This document shows, piece by piece, positions 23,386-31,993 of a stretch of DNA of 64,000 bases. Within the stretch, counting starts at the first letter, position 1. Each line of letters starts with the position of its first letter. The stretch is taken from contig CAWAIF010000003.1 in assembly GCA_963782055.1 (NCBI GenBank), forward strand, positions 1,792,001-1,856,000, in the 5' to 3' direction. The position numbers and the translations under genes are program-made. The DNA comes from an uncultured delta proteobacterium (GTDB lineage Bacteria; Myxococcota_A; Polyangia; Polyangiales; Polyangiaceae). The notes under the pieces were generated by a model, which was not told where the DNA came from, searched no databases, and was given only the letters and a program-made list of their open reading frames with translations.

Positions 23386-25212
23386 TCACTTGGGCGTCGG
23401 GGGGACGACGACGGTGTTGATCGACTGCACGCTCGCGCCCGCGGGGTAGGCGTAGCTCACGTATTCCGAGTACTGCGCCGTGCCGCTGCCGCCGGTCACC
23501 TCGGTGCCCCAGCCCCACACCGTCAGCCCGAAGGGGCCGTCGCTGTGCGATTCGTGGGCGCCGTTGTCGCAGTTGCCCACGCCCTTGAAGTTGCCGGTGG
23601 CGATGTCGGCGGTCGTGTACTCGTACTCGCCGCCGCTGCCGACGGGCTTCCACCCGCCGATGACGCCTGCGCAGTCCAGGGTGACGTCCTTGAAGGTGTC
23701 GTCCTGCGCCTTCTTGCGGATGTAGACGAGGTTGGTCTCCGGGTACGTCGGATTGGTGAAGAAGACGTAGCGCGAGAGGTACTGCGCCGCCGGCACCACG
23801 TTGACGAACTCCGGGTCGCCGCGGTTGCTGAAGGCGGCGCCGCCGGTCATGTACGTGGCCACGTAGAAGGGGTGCTTGTCGTCCTGGCTCTTGACGACGA
23901 ACGGCCCGCTGGAGCGCACCTCGAAGGACTCGCCCTCGTTGACCGTCGGCTGCGCGCCGGTGGGCGACGGGTCCCAGGTGAGCTGCGTGCCGTCGACGGC
24001 GCCGGTGATGCGCGTGGGCGGCGTCTCGTCGATGTTGGGGTCGCGGTTGCGGTAGCGCCCGTAGACGTACTCGCTGCCGAGCGCGCGCACCGGGGGGATC
24101 TGCTCGTGGGCGCCGTCGCACGCGAGGGCGTCGATGTTTATGCACTGCTGCTCGCCCCACACGCCGACCGGCTTGTCCGCGCTGACGACCGAGCCGAGCA
24201 GGTCCGCCTGCTGCTCGATGCGCAGCACCTGCCCCTTGTTGAGCGCGTAGGTCTGCGGCTGCCCCTTCGTCGCCGCCGCCACGCCGGTGCCCGCGGTGAT
24301 GTCCGCGGTGGGCCGGATGGTGACGTTGGTGCTGTCGTCGGAGGCGACGATGGCGATGGCCGGGCTGAGCGTGTTGTTGCCGAGCGGGCGCGGGGTGATC
24401 GCGATGTAGTTCTTGTCCCACGTCGAGGTGGGCAACAGCAGCGTGGCGTCGGTGACCTCGCTGCGGCCGCCGCCGTACGGCAGGATGTCGTAGACGACCA
24501 CGGGCGCGGAGGCGACCACGTGCAGCGCCTGCCCGGAGGCGTTGGTGCCGGAGACCGGATCCGTCCACGCCGACGCGTTGGTGTCGGTCTCCGCGGCGGG
24601 CTCGCCGCAGTTGGTGCCAAGCCCGCCGTTGCCGTCGCGCAAGAAGACGATCGCCACCTTGCCCGGCGGGATCTGCCCGTTCTGCCCGAGCGCGGTGAGC
24701 TTGAGCGTCGGCCCGCTGCCCGTCGGCAGGTAGGCGTACTTGCTCAGGTCGATCTTGTTGCCCTTGGCGTCGGCGCTGATCGTCACGCCGCTCGTCCAGG
24801 TGTTGGCGACGTAGAGCGCGAAGCACCCCTTGCCGAAGATCATGAGCGGGTTGTGCGCGTAGTACTCGCACCCCACGCTGCTCTTGTTGGCGACCGCCGC
24901 GTCGCACGCCGCGATGCACTGCCCGCCGGCGCAGCCCTGCGTATCGGAGCACTTCTGCACGACGTTCCCGTGGCAGTCGACGAGGGAGTGCATGTCCCCG
25001 GAGCAGGTGGGCGCCTTGCCGCCGCAGTCGCCAGGACCCGTGGTGTCGCCGCCGAAGATGACGTCGTCGAGGCTGGGCGCGTCGTCGACCAGTCCGCCGT
25101 CGGTGCCGCCATCGTCGCCGAAGTTGGAGGGAGGAGTGGTGCCGCACTGCGCGAGGAGGAGGGCGCCGCCCAGACCCAGCCCCGCGAGCCCCAGGGAAGA
25201 GAGGATGCGCAT
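23386..25212 (-). CDS. IgGFc-binding-domain lipoprotein
   Basis: Lipobox LAQC; SSVGCEY, DATLLLPT, VSADKPVGV, EQIPPV.ALG..Y, SYAYPAG motifs. Confidence 0.8.
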   Translation of the reverse strand: MRILSSLGLAGLGLGGALLLAQCGTTPPSNFGDDGGTDGGLVDDAPSLDDVIFGGDTTGPGDCGGKAPTCSGDMHSLVDCHGNVVQKCSDTQGCAGGQCIAACDAAVANKSSVGCEYYAHNPLMIFGKGCFALYVANTWTSGVTISADAKGNKIDLSKYAYLPTGSGPTLKLTALGQNGQIPPGKVAIVFLRDGNGGLGTNCGEPAAETDTNASAWTDPVSGTNASGQALHVVASAPVVVYDILPYGGGRSEVTDATLLLPTSTWDKNYIAITPRPLGNNTLSPAIAIVASDDSTNVTIRPTADITAGTGVAAATKGQPQTYALNKGQVLRIEQQADLLGSVVSADKPVGVWGEQQCINIDALACDGAHEQIPPVRALGSEYVYGRYRNRDPNIDETPPTRITGAVDGTQLTWDPSPTGAQPTVNEGESFEVRSSGPFVVKSQDDKHPFYVATYMTGGAAFSNRGDPEFVNVVPAAQYLSRYVFFTNPTYPETNLVYIRKKAQDDTFKDVTLDCAGVIGGWKPVGSGGEYEYTTADIATGNFKGVGNCDNGAHESHSDGPFGLTVWGWGTEVTGGSGTAQYSEYVSYAYPAGASVQSINTVVVPPTPK

Positions 25213-25345
25213 GCCAAAAGGCGAGCAGACTGCAGGCGGGGCGTCAACCTGGCCGGCGGAATTTCCCCGCGCTGACGGGCGATCCTGACGCCGTGCGGCA
25301 CGACCGGGTTCGCTTGCGGCCGCACTTCGGCTACTGCTTCACGGA

Positions 25346-27535
25346 GTGACGCACCCCTCCGAAGCCCCCGCGAGCGAGCCGCCGAGCAGCGTCGAGGACG
25401 TGGCCGTGCTCGCCGGTGGCACGCTGCTCCGCGGCCTCGCGCCCGGGGACGTGCGCGCCATCCTGCAGCACTTCGACCAGGTGGCCTTCACCAAAGGGAC
25501 GGTGCTCGCGACGGAGCACGAGCCCGGCGAGCAGCTCTACGTCCTGCTGGAGGGCCGCGCGCGCGTGACGCGCAAGCAGGTGGAGCTGCGCGAGCTCGGG
25601 CCCGGCGACTGCTTCGGGGGGCTGTCGCTGGTCGGCGCCACGCAGGGCGCGGCCACGGTGGAGGCGGCGACGACCCTGCGCCTCGCCCGCCTGCCGCGCA
25701 CGCGATACGACGTGCTCTCCCGCGAGCACCCGCAGCTCGCGCTGCACATCGCGCTCGCCCTCGCCCGCCTCCTCGCCGGCGAGATCGACGCGATCGCCGA
25801 CAGCCTGGGGAGCCTGCTGCTCGAGCGCTCGCTGCCGCGCCGCGCGGAGGTGCACGTGAACGTCGACGGCGTCGCGCGCACGGTCCCCACCGGCGTGCGG
25901 CTGGACACGCTGCTGCCGGTGGAGACGGCCGGGGCCAAGGTGATGGGCGCGCTGGTCAACGGCAAGCCGGCCACGCTCTCCATGCCCGTCCTGTCCGACG
26001 TCACCATCACCCCGCTCACCCTGCGCTCACAGGAGGGCTTCGAGATCTACCGCCGCAGCGCGTGCCTCCTCCTGCTGGAGGCGGCCGCGACGATGCACCC
26101 GGAGATCGAGCTGGGCTTCAGCGCGCCGGTCGGCAGCTCGCAGGTGGTGCGCGTGCGCACGCCTAAGGTCGACCACGCGGAGCTCGGCCGGACTCTCACG
26201 CGCGCGATGAGGCACCTCGCCGCGGACGACGTGGCCTTCCGCGACGAGCTGTGGTCCACCGACGAGGCGCGCAACTTCTTCTCCGAGCGAGGCTGGCGGG
26301 ATGCCGCGCTGCTGCTGCGCATCGAGCGCGAGTCCACCGTGGTGCTGGTCACGTGCGGTCACGTCTACGCCCGGGAGCCCGGGCCGATGTTGCCGCGCGC
26401 CGGGCTGGTGAAGAGCTTCCGCATCCGCGAGCACCCCGACGGCCTGCTGCTCGACCTGGACCATGCCCTGCACGAGTCCGATCCGGTGCTGGCCGGCACG
26501 CTGGGCGGCCTGACGGCGCGCGAGCCGCAGTCGCCGCGCTTCGGCGGGGCGATGGCGCTCGAGCACCGCGCGTGGCTGGGCGCGATGGGCATCGAGAGCG
26601 TGGGCAGCTTCAACGACGCGTGCGTGTCCGTCTCCGGCCAGGTCAACCAGCTCGTGCGCGTGGCCGAGGGCTTTCACGAGAAGCACATCGGCAAGATCGC
26701 CGACGTCATCGCTGCGCGGCGGGACCAGGTGCGGGTCATCTGCGTGGCGGGGCCCTCCTCCTCCGGCAAGACCACCTTCATCAAGCGGCTCACCGTGCAG
26801 ATGGAGATCGACGGCATCCGTCCGGTGGGGCTCTCGCTCGACGACTACTACGTCGACCGTGACAAGACCCCGCGCGACGAGTCGGGTGCCTACGACTTCG
26901 AGGCGGTCGCCGCGGTGGACCTGGACATGCTGCACGCGCAGGTGCGCGGCCTGCTCGCCGGCGAGCAGGTGCAGACCGCGCGCTTCGACTTCCTCCTCGG
27001 CAAGAGCATGCCCGGCGGCGGCAAGACGGTGAGCATGGGCCCGACCGACATGCTCCTCCTCGAGGGGATCCACGGGCTCAACCCGGCGATCCTCGACGAG
27101 ATCGTCCCCCGTGAGCAGATCTTCAACATCTTCGTGCACCCGGCGAACACGCTCCCCCTCGACAGGCTCACCCCGGTGTCGTCGGAGGAGGTGCGCCTGC
27201 TCCGGCGCCTGGTGCGCGACCGCCACATGCGCGGCTACCACGCCGCCGACACCATCCTGCGCTGGCCCGCGGTCGTGCGCGGCGACGCGCTGCACATCTA
27301 CCCGTTCCAGCACCGCGCCGACGTCATCTTCGACTCGTCGCTGGTCTACGAGATGAGCGTGCTCAAGGCCTTCGCCGAGCGCTACCTGCTGGAGGTCCCG
27401 GAGGGCCACCCCTCCTACGCGATGGCGCTCCGCCTGCGGATGCTGCTCGACCGCTTCGTGACCATCTACCCCGAGCGCGTCCCGCCGACGTCCCTGCTGC
27501 GCGAGTTCATCGGCGGCAGCGGGTTCGAGTACTGA
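25346..27535 (+). CDS. cNMP-binding domain + ThrRS-N/TGS-like region + uridine/nucleoside kinase
   Basis: CNB motif (LYVLLEG..ELGPGDCFGG), ALVNG and IYRRS ThrRS-like region, Walker A AGPSSSGKTT, LSLDDYY, EGIHGLN, C-terminal SLLREFIGGS. Confidence 0.82.
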   Translation: MTHPSEAPASEPPSSVEDVAVLAGGTLLRGLAPGDVRAILQHFDQVAFTKGTVLATEHEPGEQLYVLLEGRARVTRKQVELRELGPGDCFGGLSLVGATQGAATVEAATTLRLARLPRTRYDVLSREHPQLALHIALALARLLAGEIDAIADSLGSLLLERSLPRRAEVHVNVDGVARTVPTGVRLDTLLPVETAGAKVMGALVNGKPATLSMPVLSDVTITPLTLRSQEGFEIYRRSACLLLLEAAATMHPEIELGFSAPVGSSQVVRVRTPKVDHAELGRTLTRAMRHLAADDVAFRDELWSTDEARNFFSERGWRDAALLLRIERESTVVLVTCGHVYAREPGPMLPRAGLVKSFRIREHPDGLLLDLDHALHESDPVLAGTLGGLTAREPQSPRFGGAMALEHRAWLGAMGIESVGSFNDACVSVSGQVNQLVRVAEGFHEKHIGKIADVIAARRDQVRVICVAGPSSSGKTTFIKRLTVQMEIDGIRPVGLSLDDYYVDRDKTPRDESGAYDFEAVAAVDLDMLHAQVRGLLAGEQVQTARFDFLLGKSMPGGGKTVSMGPTDMLLLEGIHGLNPAILDEIVPREQIFNIFVHPANTLPLDRLTPVSSEEVRLLRRLVRDRHMRGYHAADTILRWPAVVRGDALHIYPFQHRADVIFDSSLVYEMSVLKAFAERYLLEVPEGHPSYAMALRLRMLLDRFVTIYPERVPPTSLLREFIGGSGFEY

Positions 27536-27550
27536 AGCGCGGGGTAGGTG

Positions 27551-27735
27551 CCCCTCCCGGCGCCATGCTCGGGCTCGTGCTCGCCTTCGCGCGCGCCGTC
27601 GATGGGTGCAGAATGCAACAACGTCGGCGCGCACGAAGGCTTGCGCGCGAGCCCTGCGCGTGGCGCCCCTCCCCTCGATGTCGCGCTCCGCGCGCCATCG
27701 GGGAGGCTGGGTGCTTCCCTGTTCGGACCTCGGCG
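27551..27735. repeat. Structured ~185-bp intergenic repeat, copy 2
   Basis: Aligns with 23057-23244; 109-nt hairpin at 27559-27667. Confidence 0.85.
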
Positions 27736-27793
27736 CGGGGGACGAGGGGGGACATGGCCCTCCTCCGATTCTCCGAACGCGTTTGCACGTCGC

Positions 27794-27934
27794 GCGAGGG
27801 GGCTTCGTGCGGTGCCACGCCGAGCCGGCGGAAGGATCGCGCCAGCCTTCCTGGTGCCCACGGGGGATGCGTCACTGCGGCTGTCACGCTCCTTCCGCCA
27901 TGGAAGGGCATGGCACCGCACGAAGCCCCCTCGC
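27794..27934. repeat. 24-bp perfect inverted repeat pair overlapping the DUF559 start
   Basis: GCGAGGGGGCTTCGTGCGGTGCCA (27794-27817) is the exact reverse complement of 27911-27934. Confidence 0.9.
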
Positions 27935-28281
27935 TCTTTCTCCTTCACACGTACGCGCGCCGGATGCGGCGGGAGGGAGCTACGCGGTCGGAGGAGATGC
28001 TGTGGCGGGCGCTCAAGGGGCGGAAGCTGTGCGGGGTGAAGTTTCGGCGGCAGCATGTGGTCGCGGGGAGCTACATCGTGGACTTCGTCGCGCTGAGCCA
28101 TCGGCTGGTGGTGGAGGTGGACGGCGGGGTGCACCGGGAGCCGGAGCGGGCGGTGGCGGATGCGGCGCGGCAGGGGGTGATCGAGGGGCTCGGGTTTCGG
28201 GGCGTGCGGGTGGCGGCGGAGGTGGTGGAGCGAGACGTGGGCGCGGCGGTGGCGCAGGTGCGGGCGGCGCTGGCGCGGTGA
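27910..28281 (+). CDS. DUF559 / Vsr-like endonuclease-domain protein
   Basis: ARRMRRE.T.SE..LW..L, KFRRQH, YIVDF, LVVEVDGGVH, D..R...E.LGF..VR pattern. Confidence 0.85.
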   Translation: MAPHEAPSLFLLHTYARRMRREGATRSEEMLWRALKGRKLCGVKFRRQHVVAGSYIVDFVALSHRLVVEVDGGVHREPERAVADAARQGVIEGLGFRGVRVAAEVVERDVGAAVAQVRAALAR

Positions 28282-28602
28282 ACGCCGCCGGCGGCCACCC
28301 GGGCAGCTCCGGCACCTCGCGCTTCGCGTGCTGGGCTTCGGCACCTCGCGGCAGACGGTGCGGCGGCTCCTCCGAGTGGCGTCGCCTTCACGCGCACCAC
28401 GCTCGACCCCTGGCCGTGAGGGGGCCTCGCCGATATCGGCGACCCGCACCGCCGATATCGGCGGTCTCGACCAACCCCACTCCTCGTCGACGCGCGGCCC
28501 GGCGAGGGGCGAGCCCGTCGTGGCGCGGCGACCCCGGCTCTAGAAGATCGGCAACGTCGCCGATCTTTCGGCAACGTCGCCGATCGCGTCCTCCCCGGGC
28601 GT

Positions 28603-28988
28603 TCATTGCCCTCCCGAGAGCCGCACCAGCGTCCCGAGCACGTGATCGATCCGGTCCCGCAGCGCCACGTCCAGCGGCGGCACGTACCCGAGCGCCGCCC
28701 CGACCTCGAAGCACGCGAGCACCTCTCGCAGCGATCCGAGTGCTGAGGTCCGGCCGAAGGCCGGCCGACGGTCCGAAGGGCGCATGGACTGGTGTGATAC
28801 CGCGCCGCCCGGTTCGGCCCCCACGAGTACATCCCCTCCGCGACGTTGAGCGGCGCGCTGCTCAGCGCGCGCCGGCACTGCCACGCCAAATCCGCATCAC
28901 ACCGCTCCAGGTCGCGCACCCTCGGCGCCAGCGTCCGGACCAGATCCAGAAGCACGGGGTAGATTCTCAGATCGCATCCTCCTTGCAT
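28603..28988 (-). pseudogene. Four-helix-bundle protein (23S rRNA IVP/bAvd-like) interrupted by a 47-bp insertion
   Basis: DLAWQCRRALSSAPLNVAEG...ARYHT in one frame and ALGSLREVLACFEVGAALGY in another. Removing 28744-28790 fuses them in frame. Confidence 0.8.
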
Positions 28989-29191
28989 CGCCCGCGCACC
29001 GCGCGCGGGCGCCACCCGCCCCGACCCCGCCGCGCGCAGGAGTCCGGAAGGCTGCGAGCGGAGCGAGCACCGCCCGGAGCCACGCGCAGGGCGCGGAGCG
29101 CCCGAGCTGGCGAGGAGGGCCCCGGCCTTGCGGACTCCGAGCACGGCGGGAGGATCGACATCCCGAGCGGCCCCTCCCTCTCCGCCGCGGT

Positions 29192-29334
29192 CCGCCCGCG
29201 CCCGCGCCCGCCCTCGCGCCCGCCCCCGCGCTCGCCCTCGCGCTCGCCCCCGCGCCCGCGCCCGCCCTCGCGCCCGCCCCCGCGCTCGCCCCCGCGCTCG
29301 CCCCCGCACCCGCCCTCGCCCTCGCGCTCCCGCC
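29192..29334. repeat. Degenerate hexamer tandem array (C(C/T)CGC(G/C))
   Basis: About 140 bp of cccgcg/ctcgcc/cccgcc units between the cytochrome c stop and the four-helix-bundle gene. Confidence 0.8.
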
Positions 29335-30207
29335 TCACCGCGCGCCGGGATCGTACTTCCGAGCCTTCATCGCCTTCAGGTACGCGATCAGGTGATCCAG
29401 GTCCGCGTCGCTCAGATCCGGGTGCGGCGGCATGTTCCCGTACCGGAACGTCAGCGGGTCCCTGATGTACGCCCGGATCTGCGCCTCCGGCCGGTACTCG
29501 GTGATGTTCTGCGGCACGTTGAGGTCCGGCCCGACGTGGCCGCCCTCCCGGTTGATCGCGTGGCAGCGGATGCACCGGTCGCGGAACAGCCCGTAGCCGA
29601 TCTCCGCGGGCGCGTCGGCGGGCAGATCGCCCGGCGACGTGTGCGGAAACGCCTTCTCGAACGGCGTCATGTCGATGGAGGCGAGCTGCCACGGTCGCGG
29701 GTAGGTCTCCTCGTTCGCCTGCGACGGCTTGCTCCACACCAGGTAGAAGGGCCCGGGGCTCACGTGCTGCGGGCCGATGGGCTCCCACCCGGGCACGTCC
29801 AGATCGGCGAAGGCGACGTACGCGCCGTCTTCCAGCGCGAGCTCCCCGCGGATGGGGACGGTGAAGCCGTCGCTCGCGCGGAAGACGTACTCGCGCTTGC
29901 CCAGGTCGGAGACGCCGGCGAAGCCGAGCTCCAGCACCTTGCGCAGGGGCAGCGCGCGGAAGCGCTTCGGCTTCTGGTAGTAAGGGTCGAAGAGCGTCAG
30001 CGTCTCCGCCGGCACCTTCGCCTCCATCTGGGCGAGCGTCAGCGAGCGCAGCGGCGCGCCGTCGCGGGTGAAGGCGAGCGACGCGCCCGCGTCAGGCGGC
30101 GGGGTGGCCGCGTCCGGAGCGGCGGGCGCGCCCTTGCGCGAGCATCCCGGCGCGATCGCCGCCAGGCATGCCGCCGCAACCAGCAACCCGCGCGCCGCCC
30201 GCCTCAC
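29335..30207 (-). CDS. Lipoprotein: molybdopterin-oxidoreductase-like N-domain plus monoheme cytochrome c
   Basis: Signal ending APGC; ASDGF and GPFYLVW..PWQLASI region; CIRCH heme motif, GPDL, distal MP, LIAYL. GTGA overlap with the upstream gene. Confidence 0.75.
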   Translation of the reverse strand: MRRAARGLLVAAACLAAIAPGCSRKGAPAAPDAATPPPDAGASLAFTRDGAPLRSLTLAQMEAKVPAETLTLFDPYYQKPKRFRALPLRKVLELGFAGVSDLGKREYVFRASDGFTVPIRGELALEDGAYVAFADLDVPGWEPIGPQHVSPGPFYLVWSKPSQANEETYPRPWQLASIDMTPFEKAFPHTSPGDLPADAPAEIGYGLFRDRCIRCHAINREGGHVGPDLNVPQNITEYRPEAQIRAYIRDPLTFRYGNMPPHPDLSDADLDHLIAYLKAMKARKYDPGAR

Positions 30208-30845
30208 GCGCCCTCCTCCCGCGGCGCGCGCCAGAGCACGAAGGCCACGAAGAGCGCGTAGTACATGACGTTGGCTGCGATGCGCGGCGCATATCCGGCG
30301 TCGCTCCCTGTCTTCAGCAGGATGGCGTCGGCCCCCGCCCACAGCCCGTACTGCGCCAGCTCGAAGGCGGTGATCTCCCGCGCGACCTTGCGCGAGGCCT
30401 CCGGGAGGCGCCCCGCGCGCGCCAGCATGATCGCCGCGAGCAGCACGAAGAGCAGCTCGTAGACCAGGTACACCACGCGCTCGTTCGCGAAGGCCCGCGG
30501 GGACGCCAGGGCCAGCACGTGCGACACGACGGGCACGACGAAGGCGAGGCCCACCGCGCGCAGCAATCGCGCCTTCCCACCCGCGACGTGCTCGTAGGCG
30601 ACGAAATACCGCAGGTCCCCGGCGATGACGAAGACGACCCCGGCGGCGGTCGCCGCCGCGGTGCCCGGCGGGATGGGCGACCACGGCCCGGTCAGCGCCG
30701 CGTCGGCGGCGATCTCCAGGGCGAACACCACGCCGAAGATGCGCCGGAAGCCGCGGAGCCGCAGGGCGAAGACGAGCGTCAGCAGGCTCGCCAGCCAGGG
30801 GAGCGCGGGAATCACCGCGGGGCTATCGTAGATTGTCTTCCACAT
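30204..30845 (-). CDS. Hypothetical integral membrane protein
   Basis: MWKTIYDS... with about 6-7 hydrophobic segments; coupled to the cytochrome gene. Confidence 0.6.
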   Translation of the reverse strand: MWKTIYDSPAVIPALPWLASLLTLVFALRLRGFRRIFGVVFALEIAADAALTGPWSPIPPGTAAATAAGVVFVIAGDLRYFVAYEHVAGGKARLLRAVGLAFVVPVVSHVLALASPRAFANERVVYLVYELLFVLLAAIMLARAGRLPEASRKVAREITAFELAQYGLWAGADAILLKTGSDAGYAPRIAANVMYYALFVAFVLWRAPREEGA

Positions 30846-31914
30846 GCAGGCCGAAGCACGACCCCCCAACCCGGAGCGTGAAGCGCGCGCGAGCGTCGAG
30901 GAGCTCGGGCGCCGGGCGCGGTCGATCCCGCAGGAGATTGCCCGGGCTCTGGCCGCGCCGCCACCCCTTCTGTCGGCGGAGCTCGCCGCGGGGCCGTGGG
31001 TGGTCTCCGGCATCGGCGCCTCGGAGGGCCCGGCCCGGCTGCTCGCCGCGCTGCTGCGCGACGTGGGTGCGCGCGCCGAGTTCTCCCCCGCGTCCAGCTT
31101 TTTGGAGCCGGGCGGCGCGTCCGGACGGGTCCTCGCGGTGGTCTCGCAGCGCCTCTCGCCCAACGCGCGCCTGCCGCTGGGCCGGCGCGCCGACTTCGAC
31201 GCGTGCTTTTTGCTGACGACCCTGGCGCCGGAGCGCGACGCGGTGGCGGCGTCGCTCGCGGCTTCCGGGGTACGCGTCATCTCGCACGGGCCGGTGCGCG
31301 AGGACCGCCTCTTCCTGCGCGTCGTCGGCCCCGCGGTCGCCTATGTCGTGGCGATGCGCCTCGCCCTCGCCGCGGCGCACGCGCTCGGCGTGACGCCCGC
31401 GTGGGAGGCGGGGCTCGCCTCTCTCCCGGAGGTGCTCGGCGGCGCGGCGCCGCGTGCGCGGGCGGCCCTCGCCGAGCACGATCCGCGCGCGCTGTTCGAG
31501 ACGGCGGGCCTGGTCACGAGCGGCCCCTGGACGACGGCGAGCGAGGGCCTGCGCCTCAAGCTGGTGGAGGGACTGGGCCTCGGGAGCGTCGGCCTGTGGG
31601 ACGTGTGCGGCGTCGCGCACGGGCCGCTGCAGACGTTCTACGAGCGCAAGGCGACGCTGCTCGCGCTCGTCCGCGCGGGCGAGACGGGCACGCGCGAAGT
31701 GTGGGACCGGCTGGAGCGCGTGCTGGATCCTTCGCGGCACACCGTGCTGCGGCTCGTCGCCGAGCTGCCGCCCCCGCTCTCCATCGTGGAGCACGACGCG
31801 CTCCTCGACCACGTGCTGCTCGCCGCGGTGGAGGCTTTCCCCCACAATCTGTGCACCTGGCCGGCCCAGGGCGCGGACGCCCCCATCTACAATCTCGGCT
31901 CCGATCTGCTCTGA
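30844..31914 (+). CDS. SIS-domain (sugar isomerase/GlmS-like) protein, divergent
   Basis: VSGIGASEG, VVSQRLSPN, LKLVEG and HGPLQ resemble the two SIS domains. Confidence 0.5.
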   Translation: MQAEARPPNPEREARASVEELGRRARSIPQEIARALAAPPPLLSAELAAGPWVVSGIGASEGPARLLAALLRDVGARAEFSPASSFLEPGGASGRVLAVVSQRLSPNARLPLGRRADFDACFLLTTLAPERDAVAASLAASGVRVISHGPVREDRLFLRVVGPAVAYVVAMRLALAAAHALGVTPAWEAGLASLPEVLGGAAPRARAALAEHDPRALFETAGLVTSGPWTTASEGLRLKLVEGLGLGSVGLWDVCGVAHGPLQTFYERKATLLALVRAGETGTREVWDRLERVLDPSRHTVLRLVAELPPPLSIVEHDALLDHVLLAAVEAFPHNLCTWPAQGADAPIYNLGSDLL

Positions 31915-31993
31915 ACGCGGAGCGCCCGCGCGGGCCGGCGCGCGCCGCTCCGGTGAGGTTGCGGTGCGCGCCGGATCCGCGCACCCTGCTTGC

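Noticed and set aside
22982..28988. Diversity-generating retroelement (duplicated gene end as VR/TR plus an Avd-like four-helix bundle)
   Set aside because: Differences between the two gene-end copies are not adenine-specific (many are G/C synonymous changes), and there is no reverse transcriptase in the window.
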